Shown: piece after piece, positions 1-7,854 of the stretch
Layout: the number at the start of each line of letters is the position of its first letter
Numbering within the stretch: position 1 is the stretch's first letter
Assembly: GCA_044376115.1 (NCBI GenBank)
Contig: JBILLK010000031.1
Coordinates: 1-64,000 of the forward strand
Direction: 5' to 3'
DNA: 64,000 bases
Origin: Polyangiaceae bacterium
Lineage (GTDB): Bacteria > Myxococcota_A > Polyangia > Polyangiales > Polyangiaceae
Program-made: the position numbers and the translations under genes
Notes under the pieces: model-generated
Seen by the model: the letters and a program-made list of their open reading frames with translations, nothing else
What the model was told of the DNA's origin: nothing
The model's database searches: none

Positions 1-2
1 AA

Positions 3-1406
3 CCCGTCCGCCTGGACGGTGAGCGCTGGCTCTCCGCAACGTTGTCCATCGCGCCGCGGCAGCTCCCAGCCTTCTCCGTGACGTGGTTCGACGTGCGAGC
101 CACGGGCCCCCTGCCCATCTGGGTGCTGGTTCTCGGCGCGATGGGCCTCCACGTGTACGGCGAAGGCAGTGTGCTTGTGGTTCAGGATCGTTGGAGCGTT
201 GCCGGAACGAAGCACGATGAGTTTCGGCTAGCGGCGCTGGCGCGGTGGATCGTCCATGACACGCTGACGGCCCCAAGGTTGACCCAATCGATGGCGTTCG
301 ACGAGGGAGGGAGCGCTGCGGAAGGTGCGCTTGCTCTCGTGCGTCGCCTTTGGCCCCAGGGCGAAGGTTTCGTGAGCGAAATACGCGCGATGGTGGCGGC
401 TGGGCACTGGGATCTGCCAGCGCGTAAGGGACCGCCGGGCAACGCGAGGTACGCGTCCGGCGATCCTGGCGGAACAAGGAGCGGACTCCCGTGGAGGTGG
501 TTGGCGGTGGCCCTTTCGTCGATGGCAGGGGGGGTCTTGCTGTTGGCGTACCTGGACCTGCCAGAGCCCCTCAAAACGCTCACTGTGCTCGTCTTCTCTT
601 TTGGGCTGTGCATCCTGCCACCGACAGCGGTCAAAATCGGAGAACACTATGTGGAAAGGTGGCGGACGCGTCGAGCACGCGCCCGGGAGAGACAGCGCAA
701 CGCGGTGGTCGTGCCCGAGGGAGAGGAGGTGGAGCAAGAGCCGAGGAAGCTCGAGAGCAGCACGTACCGGAGTTCTCCGCCTAAGCACGATTCCAGCACG
801 TTCATGCTGCTCCACGAGGCAATGAAGTTGGAGGGCTTGGCGCGGATCGAAAGCGCCGGCGATCTCAGCGGTCTACAGCGCTACGAGGCCCATATGGACG
901 AGGTGCTCCGGCGCTATCGGCAGCTCACCGACGCGCCTCCGCACGCGGAGGCATCGCACTGGACGCCGCGCACACCCGTCCGCGAGTGTAATCTCGGCGT
1001 GCTCACGCCGTTAGCAATCGACGCACCGCGACGAGCAGCGCAAGTCGGTTCCAGCCGCTACGCCGCCTCAGGAACTCCACTGAGTCAGCGCCTTTGCGAG
1101 GTCCGCACGAAAACCAGCCACACCGTACGCCTGCGCTTTCTTTCGGAGCTTCGGCTCCAGCGTGTCCGTTGCCGTTTCGATAGCTTGGGTGAAGAACTGG
1201 CGTTGCTTGAGCGGAGACCAGTCGCTGAACGATTCCGGGAATGTAAGCGTGCAGTAGAACGCTGCCTGCGCTGGCTTATACGAGCCAATCTTGAGACCGG
1301 TGGGACTCGGCGGGCCGCCCCCAGGGCACATGAGCGTGAGATAGAAATGGTCAAGCCCTTCGCCGTATTCGTTCGGCCGAAGATGGTCCCGCAGAACCTC
1401 GGTTAG
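3..1406 (+). CDS. Hypothetical membrane protein, 5'-partial; the last ~110 codons overlap antisense with 1068..1478 and are probably read-through
   Basis: Frame is open from base 3. Two hydrophobic segments (WRWLAVALSSMAGGVLLLAYL; TLTVLVFSFGLCIL). No family recognised. Confidence 0.5.
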   Translation, partial: PVRLDGERWLSATLSIAPRQLPAFSVTWFDVRATGPLPIWVLVLGAMGLHVYGEGSVLVVQDRWSVAGTKHDEFRLAALARWIVHDTLTAPRLTQSMAFDEGGSAAEGALALVRRLWPQGEGFVSEIRAMVAAGHWDLPARKGPPGNARYASGDPGGTRSGLPWRWLAVALSSMAGGVLLLAYLDLPEPLKTLTVLVFSFGLCILPPTAVKIGEHYVERWRTRRARARERQRNAVVVPEGEEVEQEPRKLESSTYRSSPPKHDSSTFMLLHEAMKLEGLARIESAGDLSGLQRYEAHMDEVLRRYRQLTDAPPHAEASHWTPRTPVRECNLGVLTPLAIDAPRRAAQVGSSRYAASGTPLSQRLCEVRTKTSHTVRLRFLSELRLQRVRCRFDSLGEELALLERRPVAERFRECKRAVERCLRWLIRANLETGGTRRAAPRAHEREIEMVKPFAVFVRPKMVPQNLG

Positions 1407-1478
1407 CTGCCGTGCCAAGGCGAAGGCTTCACGGGAAACCGGGTTACCTCCGCCGAATCCGCCCATGACCAGCGGCAT
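1068..1478 (-). CDS. Small hypothetical protein resembling polymorphic-toxin immunity proteins
   Basis: 136 aa, ATG preceded by GGAAAG. The pattern 'NEYGEGLDHFYLTLMC...YKPAQAAFYCTLTFPESF...FRADL' recalls small Imm-type proteins (by eye only). Confidence 0.55.
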   Translation of the reverse strand: MPLVMGGFGGGNPVSREAFALARQLTEVLRDHLRPNEYGEGLDHFYLTLMCPGGGPPSPTGLKIGSYKPAQAAFYCTLTFPESFSDWSPLKQRQFFTQAIETATDTLEPKLRKKAQAYGVAGFRADLAKALTQWSS

Positions 1479-2038
1479 CTGCTTTCCACCGAAGGTGGAT
1501 GCAGTGAACAGAATGACTCATGCCTTCTTCGAGAGAATCGGCCGAAGGCCCGTTGAACCTTCGACTTGGCATGAGTCATTAGGAAGTTGCGTTGGGTGGC
1601 CAGTTTCTCTGCCGGAACCACGGGAAAGTCGACGCCTGCGAATTCTTTCCAACTGCGATCTGGGACGTCGGGGTGGTCGGGGCTGAAGTGATAGTCAGGG
1701 TTGAAGAGGATCCATCCAGCTTTCCTCTTGCGCCATCGCCCCGAGCGGTATCGGCGCTGCCCACGAGCCGTGATGAAGTACGTATCCCAGCAGTCGCCGT
1801 TAAAGTGGCTGCGGGCATCCACTCGTTCCCGACACCCCCAGCCGACGATCGCGAACGCTTCACATATTCGGACCGCTTGAGCCCATTCGATTGCATCTCG
1901 GTACTCGACGACGGTCAGCAAAAGGCCGAAGAGTTCTTCTCTCAGGCGCTCTCGATCGTCGCATTGCTCGAGAAGCCTCGCGAGCTCCGGGAGATCCTCG
2001 CATGCCGTCAATTGGGTTAAGGATAAGTTCGGCATCAT
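1403..2038 (-). CDS. Hypothetical protein, possible gene-cassette ORF; the C-terminus probably runs through a hairpin element
   Basis: Starts 15 bp after the GTTAGGT box of the attC-like site. Protein-like until ~1590, then reads through the 1502-1592 inverted repeat. Confidence 0.5.
   Translation of the reverse strand: MMPNLSLTQLTACEDLPELARLLEQCDDRERLREELFGLLLTVVEYRDAIEWAQAVRICEAFAIVGWGCRERVDARSHFNGDCWDTYFITARGQRRYRSGRWRKRKAGWILFNPDYHFSPDHPDVPDRSWKEFAGVDFPVVPAEKLATQRNFLMTHAKSKVQRAFGRFSRRRHESFCSLHPPSVESRCRWSWADSAEVTRFPVKPSPWHGS
1502..1592. repeat. Hairpin element with a 13-bp perfect inverted repeat (degenerate attC/REP-like)
   Basis: AATGACTCATGCC (1512-1524) / GGCATGAGTCATT (1568-1580), internal GGCC-GAA-GGCC, flanked by AAC...GTT. 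Confidence 0.6.
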
Positions 2039-2053
2039 TCACGGGCCTGAGGC

Positions 2054-2116
2054 ACCTAACGTATAGCCGATAGCTGCGGGCGCGCAGCGCCTGCAGTCTT
2101 CATCGGCAGGTTAGAC
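2054..2116 (-). other. attC-like integron cassette recombination site
   Basis: Minus strand GTCTAAC-ctgcc-GATGAAGA-ctgcaggcgc-tgc-gcgcccgcag-CTATC-ggctatac-GTTAGGT. RYYYAAC/GTTRRRY boxes, imperfect palindrome with extra unpaired bases, 63 bp. Confidence 0.65.
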
Positions 2117-2118
2117 CG

Positions 2119-2691
2119 GTGGGGCTCGCCAAGCTCGGGGAGGGCGAAGTCGTGCGGCCGTTGCTCGAGGAAATGATTGACGCATCCAAGATCGGTCGCA
2201 GCAAGACGGAGCTCTGCTTCGAGCTCGAGACCGCGCTCTTGACGATGCCAGCGCTTCCAGGTGCAAAGCGCGTCAACCACCCGCGAGCCACGCCGCCGCC
2301 GGCGGTGGACGCTGTTGGCAAAGCCAAGCAGGCGCTCGCGGCGGCGAACGATGGCAGCCCGTGCTCACTGCCGCTCGAGGCGACGAAGTTGCGGGTCGCG
2401 CGGATGCCTCCTTCGCTGAAGGCATGGCTGGAGGCAAACTTGCCGGCGCTGCCGCTCGACGCGCCGGAGGTCGTGAACGACACGCTGGAGGTGCTCGTGC
2501 TCGCCATGGCCGACGAGGGCGGCGAAACGCCGGTCGTTGCGCTCGACGTCTCCGACGGGCCGAAGATCTTCGTCACCGCGGAGAGCTTTGGTGCTTGGGT
2601 CGCGGCCGATGTCGGGCTTGGCGCACCAATGGCCGACGCCCTCGCGGCGGCGAGCCGGCGCGTCTTCGGGCGCTCTCTTCCGAGGCTCTGA
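2119..2691 (+). CDS. Probable N-terminally truncated protein with a SMI1/KNR4 (SUKH)-like C-terminal domain
   Basis: 'MPPSLKAWL...ADEGGETPVVALDVSDGPKIFVTAESFGAWV' resembles SUKH immunity domains. The frame begins right at the attC-like boundary with no obvious RBS. Confidence 0.5.
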   Translation: MGLAKLGEGEVVRPLLEEMIDASKIGRSKTELCFELETALLTMPALPGAKRVNHPRATPPPAVDAVGKAKQALAAANDGSPCSLPLEATKLRVARMPPSLKAWLEANLPALPLDAPEVVNDTLEVLVLAMADEGGETPVVALDVSDGPKIFVTAESFGAWVAADVGLGAPMADALAAASRRVFGRSLPRL

Positions 2692-2692
2692 G

Positions 2693-2957
2693 CGTCGGAC
2701 CTCGAGCCCTCGTCCAGCCGCCGCGTGCGACATTGCGCCGAGTCTCACCGTGACAGCGGGCGATGTGTCGCATGCCGCCGGGCCTCGAGCCCTCGTCCCG
2801 CAGCCGGGTGCGACATTGCGCCGAGTCTCGCGGTGAGAGCGGGCGATGTGTCGCATGCCGTCGGTCATCGAGCTCTTGTCCAGCCGCCGCGTGCGACATT
2901 GCGCCGAGTCTCACGGTGAGAGCGGGCGATGTGTCGCATGCCGTCGGTCCTTGAGCC
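2693..2957. repeat. 83-bp tandem repeat (3 full copies + partial), each unit containing a TGCGACA-N33-TGTCGCA hairpin
   Basis: Units start at 2693, 2776, 2859 and 2942 (partial). GTGCGACATTGCGCCGAGTCTC occurs at 2725, 2808 and 2891. Confidence 0.95.
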
Positions 2958-3164
2958 GCGGCCAGCTCCGTTTCACAACTCACCCGCACCTCGAGCCCGT
3001 CGTTTGGCCGGGGGTCGTGGGCCATTCGGGCTGTCCTCTGTTCTCGCGCCAAGCGCTGTGCTTGGACTGCGGGCTGATGGGTGCGCGGCGACCCGGAGGC
3101 GCTCCGCAAAGCGCTCGCATAGTTCGTAGACCACGCTCGTTCGTAGGACGCGCTGGCCCTCACC

Positions 3165-3344
3165 TCAGTCGCAGTACATCGAAGAGAGGACGCGCAGCCC
3201 GGCGATCTGATCCTTTTCGAGCGTACGCGTGAATTCGGCAAAGCCGCCGACTGCCGATAAGTCCCAGTGCTGGTAGGACACCAGCCCTTCGTCATCGGCC
3301 TCGGCGTTCGGCCGTGGCCAGACGAACTCGGGCAGGTAGCCGCT
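3165..3344 (-). pseudogene. Possible C-terminal gene remnant
   Basis: Startless frame SGYLPEFVWPRPNAEADDEGLVSYQHWDLSAVGGFAEFTRTLEKDQIAGLRVLSSMYCD*, cut off next to the 3364 repeat. Confidence 0.35.
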
Positions 3345-3363
3345 CTAGGACACGCATGTCGCG

Positions 3364-3588
3364 TGCGACATCCAGGCTGGCGATACCGCATCCAAGCCGT
3401 CTTTGTCGCATGGCGGCTCGCTCGGAGTCGCGCCGCGGTTGTAAGCCATTGCAACTCAGCCGCGATCGAGCGGGAGGAACGCGAGCTTCGGCTGCGCAGG
3501 AGCCGGCGCCGCAGCTACCACCACGGCCCGAGCTGGTTGGATGCGACATCCAGCCTTCGGATGAGGTATCGCGGGGAGGAATGTCGCA
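3364..3588. repeat. Inverted pair of 47-bp TGCGACA-N33-TGTCGCA elements (3364-3410 and 3542-3588)
   Basis: Same arms and spacing as the tandem copies. Internal GCGATACCGCATCC of the first matches the reverse complement of the second at 13/14 positions and the same offset. Confidence 0.85.
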
Positions 3589-3609
3589 GCCAGGCGCCGC
3601 GAGCTCCAC

Positions 3610-4038
3610 TCAGGGTATGTGGATGCACAGGTACAGGTTCTTACCGCCTATACTCGCGCGCTTGGCCAGCGGCTCCAACGCGGCCAACGCTTCGCTCGCC
3701 CTTCCAAACCCGACCTTCTCACAGGCTGCCACCGCCGCTGCGCGTCGGGTTTCGGACCAGCTCGCGAGCCCATCCACCAACTCGTCCGGCAGTGGGAACA
3801 ACACGTAGCCCGGCGCGTGGATTGGCGTGCCCATGAACGCCTCTCGGTCGAGCGGGTCGCTGACGACCTCCGCGACGAGGCACTTCAGCAGCGCCTGCGC
3901 ATAGACGTCCTTCCAATCGAGGTCCACGTTGGCGTCGCCGAGCAACGCGAGCACGTCCTTGCCTGTTTTCTTCGCCTTCTTCCGCGCGCCATCGAAGGTG
4001 TGGAAGGAGCTGATCAGGAAGGACGTGTAGATCGCCAC
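3610..4038 (-). CDS. Hypothetical protein
   Basis: 142 aa, GTG start 11 bp after the stop of 4049..5374, typical codon usage. Confidence 0.65.
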   Translation of the reverse strand: MAIYTSFLISSFHTFDGARKKAKKTGKDVLALLGDANVDLDWKDVYAQALLKCLVAEVVSDPLDREAFMGTPIHAPGYVLFPLPDELVDGLASWSETRRAAAVAACEKVGFGRASEALAALEPLAKRASIGGKNLYLCIHIP

Positions 4039-4048
4039 CGCGTAGCGC

Positions 4049-5374
4049 TCAGCGGAAGTAGACCGAGGTCTTGCCCTTGCTGATGACCTTGGTCAGGTGA
4101 CGGCCGTCGATGGTGTATTCGCGGCTGCGGTGCTCGAGCTCGGTGGTGCTGCGGACGATCACCTCTTTGACGCTGAGTTCGGCGCCGTAGAAGGAGACGG
4201 TGTCCCCGGGGCCAACCTCGAGGTTGCTCGGCCAATCGTTGAAGGTGGTGGTCGCGTTGTCATCGATCTTGGAGACCTTCGACTTGCCGTTGGGCAGCGT
4301 GGCTCGATCTTCTTTGGTGGTGCTGCTGCGCAAGATGGCCTTCTTGCCGTCGCGCTGGAACGACTTCACCTCGCGGATGGTCATCTCGCGAATGCCGGTG
4401 GGCAGCTGCGGGTTGGGCAGCTTCACCTTGGCGAACTTCGCCCGAGCGACGTCCGCTAGCTCACCGCGACGTTTGTCTACGCGGCGGACCTGCTCGTCGA
4501 GCACCGGCGGCCGAACCATCTTGCGCACCTGTTCGTCCCAGGTGGAGGTATCGGGAGGGGCGGGCAAGTCGGGGATGTTGCCGCGCCAGGCATCGAGGCA
4601 GAAGGCCTCCCGCTCGAAGTCCTTGGGCTGGCGTGGATGCGCGACGGTCAGCAGCTCATCGCTCGGTGCGTAGGCGTCGATGCTGTAAACGAAGGTGCGG
4701 CCGGTCTCCTCGAAGGCCTCGAAGACGGCCGTCTCCCAGCGATAGCGCACGGCGTCGCTGCCTTTGCGGAAGGCGGCGCCTTTGGCGTGCTGCAGCGCTG
4801 ATTTGTCGGGCTTGTCGGGCTCGAGCGCAAGCAGACCGCCGAGCCGATCGTAGGCGTTGGCCTCTTTGTTCTTCTCGTTGATCTGCTTGTCGAGCGCGTC
4901 GTAGCGCTCGGTGAAGCTGCGGTCGTATTCGGCGTAGGCCTTCTCGCAGGCCGCGCGCCACGTCTTGTTGACCGCGGCGAGCGTCATCGCTTCAAACACG
5001 TAGTGGGAGCCGGGCTCGCCCGTCGGCAGCTCGGCCCAGGCGGTGATCCAGGTCTCGTCCGGGTTGGGCAGATGAGCGCGCGGGTTGGGGATGGCGTTCT
5101 TCCCCTCGGAGCCGAGGTTGAGCCCCGCCCGCTCGGCGAAGGTGCGCGCGCAGTTCTCCCGCGAGCGGCAATCGTTGAAGTCGAAGGCCTGATAGACCTC
5201 CTTGACCTTGCCGAGCTTGGCCGCCGGCGACGTGTCTGCGCTGGGCTTGGGTTTGGCCGAGACCGGGTCTTTGGGGGGAGCGCACGCTGCAAGTCCTGCG
5301 GCCAAGGCCGCAGCCCACACGAAGGAGTGACTCATTGCCACGAAGCTAACCTCAGTAGAAAGGACTGTTTTCAA
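4049..5374 (-). CDS. Hypothetical lipoprotein (possible start 5335)
   Basis: Lipobox-like LAAC after a hydrophobic stretch, long ORF, overlaps the upstream stop. Confidence 0.8.
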   Translation of the reverse strand: MKTVLSTEVSFVAMSHSFVWAAALAAGLAACAPPKDPVSAKPKPSADTSPAAKLGKVKEVYQAFDFNDCRSRENCARTFAERAGLNLGSEGKNAIPNPRAHLPNPDETWITAWAELPTGEPGSHYVFEAMTLAAVNKTWRAACEKAYAEYDRSFTERYDALDKQINEKNKEANAYDRLGGLLALEPDKPDKSALQHAKGAAFRKGSDAVRYRWETAVFEAFEETGRTFVYSIDAYAPSDELLTVAHPRQPKDFEREAFCLDAWRGNIPDLPAPPDTSTWDEQVRKMVRPPVLDEQVRRVDKRRGELADVARAKFAKVKLPNPQLPTGIREMTIREVKSFQRDGKKAILRSSTTKEDRATLPNGKSKVSKIDDNATTTFNDWPSNLEVGPGDTVSFYGAELSVKEVIVRSTTELEHRSREYTIDGRHLTKVISKGKTSVYFR

Positions 5375-6489
5375 CGCTTTTTTCGCTCGAGATAGTTCTT
5401 GAGAAGTTGGCGGACGGAGCCGGAGACGTTGCGATCTTGCGCCATTCGCTCGAGCTCGTGGGGCTGAAAATGGTTGATCAGCTTCATCGCCAGAGAGGGT
5501 GGGGTCTTCGGGTTCTTCATCAGGTCCCGTTTGGTCGAGAGCCGACGGAGCAGCTCGGGCCGCTGGCCGAAGGCTCCGAGTACGTCGCCTGAGATGTTGC
5601 GACGCTTGGCTACCTGCTCGACCACGGCCTCGTTGACCTGCGGCGATTTTGCAGCGGCCATCGACACGAGCGGGCTGGCGTCGTTGACGAGGATCATGAT
5701 CGCCTCGGGGCTGCCGATGGTCGCGAAGCGGATCTTCTGCGAGGTCGTCATCGCCGCGATCTCGCGATACAGCGGGACGTACTTGTCTTTGAGCTTCTCC
5801 TCCTCGTTGGGGTCATCGCTGACAGCGACCACATCCTCGATATCCCCGTGCGAACGCAGGGATTCGGCGATCGAGATGTTCTGCGCGAAGATCAGATCAT
5901 CGGGCGTCGGTTCACCGCCGCTGTCGATGATCAGCTCGTTTTGAATGGCGGCGGCGGCCTCTTTCCAGGCCGGCAGATTCACCTCCACCTGGTTGCGCAC
6001 GGCCAACTCGATCAGACGATCGGCCGTGGACATACGGGTGTGCTTGTTGAGGTAGAGCAGCTCGATGATGCGCGGGTTGGCCAGGAGCCGCTCTTCGTTC
6101 GTCGCGAGGAGCTCGCTCGTCTCCTCGCCGCAGATCTTGGCGACATCGCAGATCGTGTCGATGTCGATCTCCGGCATCGTCAGCAGGGTCGACAGCACCT
6201 CGGTCTTGGCGTGGTAACGAACCGCCAGGTGATGGATGGCGAGGACGGTCAACTTGGCCGCGATGGCGCCGTTCAGCACCTGCGGCGGTAGGTTGGACAG
6301 CGTCTTTTCCGCCGTCTCGCGCAGCGCCGTCTCTTCACATTGGGAAAAGGCCACCAGCAGCAGGATCAGGTCGGGCGGCGTTACACCGAGGGCGACACCG
6401 CGGGCGCCCATCTCGCGCATTTTGGGCGGGCCCGTGAAGATTTTCTGGGCGGGGCCGGTGAGGGTTGCGGGGTCAAAAGGCGTGATCAT
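5371..6489 (-). CDS. Hypothetical alpha-helical repeat protein (HEAT/LRV-like)
   Basis: 372 aa with repeated 'L..NP.TP', 'LVNDASPLVSMAAAKSP' and 'MAQDRNVSGSVR' motifs. Confidence 0.8.
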   Translation of the reverse strand: MITPFDPATLTGPAQKIFTGPPKMREMGARGVALGVTPPDLILLLVAFSQCEETALRETAEKTLSNLPPQVLNGAIAAKLTVLAIHHLAVRYHAKTEVLSTLLTMPEIDIDTICDVAKICGEETSELLATNEERLLANPRIIELLYLNKHTRMSTADRLIELAVRNQVEVNLPAWKEAAAAIQNELIIDSGGEPTPDDLIFAQNISIAESLRSHGDIEDVVAVSDDPNEEEKLKDKYVPLYREIAAMTTSQKIRFATIGSPEAIMILVNDASPLVSMAAAKSPQVNEAVVEQVAKRRNISGDVLGAFGQRPELLRRLSTKRDLMKNPKTPPSLAMKLINHFQPHELERMAQDRNVSGSVRQLLKNYLERKKR

Positions 6490-6690
6490 GGGGTGTTTAC
6501 CGTCCGGGTGGCGTTGCTCCGCATTCGACCAATCGATCGGCGGTCATTGCCGAAGGTCCTCTCGCGCATTATTCTCCCCGCGACCGCCTGCGAGCAAGCG
6601 CTCGGCAGGTTTGTTTTCTGGCCGTTGAACCGGCCCCAAGTCTGTTTCTGTTCATTGCATCCACCTGCGGTGGAAAAAGGAGCTCGGAAG

Positions 6691-7854
6691 ATGGGGATCA
6701 TGGACTTCGTTAAGAGTGGCGTGCGCGAGATGATGATCGCTCGTCCGGACCACCTGAAGCACCTCATCGTCTACAAGCACCCGGATCAGAACGTCCCCAA
6801 GTACTCGCAGCTGACGGTGGATAGTGATGAGTGTGCTCTGTTCTTCAAGGACGGGACGTATCAGGGCTGGCTGCCGGCTGGCCGTCACACGCTGAATACG
6901 CAGAACATCCCGTTCCTCAACAACATCGTCAACAACTACACCGGCGGAGACGTCTTCATCGCGGAGATCTACTTCGTGAAGACGCAGCCGGTGCGCAGCG
7001 TGCCCTTCGGCGGCAAGCTGGAGTCGATGGAGGATCCGACGCTGTTCGAGTTCGTGACGCCGCGCGTCCACGGTGAATTCTCGCTCGTGATCACGGATCC
7101 GGTGCGTTTCGTCATCGGCTACCACGGTCAAGCCGGTGGCTCGAACGACAATGACGTCATCACCGATTGGATCAAGCGCCTCTTCTTCATGAGCGTGAAG
7201 ACGGTGATCGGTCAAATGTGCGTGCAGACCGGCCGCTCGCTGCTCAACCTCGGCGGTATGACGGCAGAGCTCTCCGGCCGCATGGTTCAGAGCGCGCCCA
7301 ACCTCGCCGATATCGGCGTGAAGATCCTGCAGATCGCAGACTTCAGCATCAACTTCTCGCCCGAGGACGAGAAGCTGCTGCGCGAGGCCAACAAGGCTCG
7401 CGCCGAGGCTCGTCGCGGCGTCAGCATCGCTCGGGATTCGGCTGCGGCAAAGCAGTTCGAGCTGGACCAGAAGTTCGGTCAGGACGCGCGTTACGTGCAG
7501 CAGCTGGCCGGCAACTATAACAACTACGCCGCCGGCCAGGCGATGATGGGCGCAGGCGAGGGCATGGCCAAGGGCGGCGGCAACAGCGGTGTTGCAGCGC
7601 TCGGCGCCCAAATGGCGATGGGCGTGGGCATGGCCAACATGATGGCCAACCCGCAGCAGGGTGGCGTGCCGCAGTTCGGCGTGCCCGGGATGATGGGCGC
7701 TCCCGGCGCTCCCGTAGCGCAGGCTGCCCCGGCCGCTGCACCCCAGGCCAGCATCGAGGACCGGCTGGCCAAGCTGAAGAGCCTCAAGGACAAGGGGCTG
7801 ATTGGCGAGGATGACTTCGCCAAGAAGCGAGACGCGATCCTGGCCGAGATCTGA
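6691..7854 (+). CDS. SPFH/band-7 domain protein (YdjI-like) with a C-terminal SHOCT domain
   Basis: 'SQLTVDSDECALFFKDG...AGRHTLNTQNIPFL...AEIYFV' and C-terminal 'LAKLKSLKDKGLIGEDDFAKKRDAIL'. ATG at 6691 after AAAGGAG. Confidence 0.9.
   Translation: MGIMDFVKSGVREMMIARPDHLKHLIVYKHPDQNVPKYSQLTVDSDECALFFKDGTYQGWLPAGRHTLNTQNIPFLNNIVNNYTGGDVFIAEIYFVKTQPVRSVPFGGKLESMEDPTLFEFVTPRVHGEFSLVITDPVRFVIGYHGQAGGSNDNDVITDWIKRLFFMSVKTVIGQMCVQTGRSLLNLGGMTAELSGRMVQSAPNLADIGVKILQIADFSINFSPEDEKLLREANKARAEARRGVSIARDSAAAKQFELDQKFGQDARYVQQLAGNYNNYAAGQAMMGAGEGMAKGGGNSGVAALGAQMAMGVGMANMMANPQQGGVPQFGVPGMMGAPGAPVAQAAPAAAPQASIEDRLAKLKSLKDKGLIGEDDFAKKRDAILAEI

Noticed and set aside
2693..2957. CRISPR array
   Set aside because: The sequences between the conserved parts are near-identical rather than unique spacers, and no cas genes are present.
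2365..3836. Long ORFs across the repeat zone (e.g. 2573..3454, 3267..3836)
   Set aside because: Arg/Ala/Pro-rich translations of GC-rich repeats with no protein-like features.
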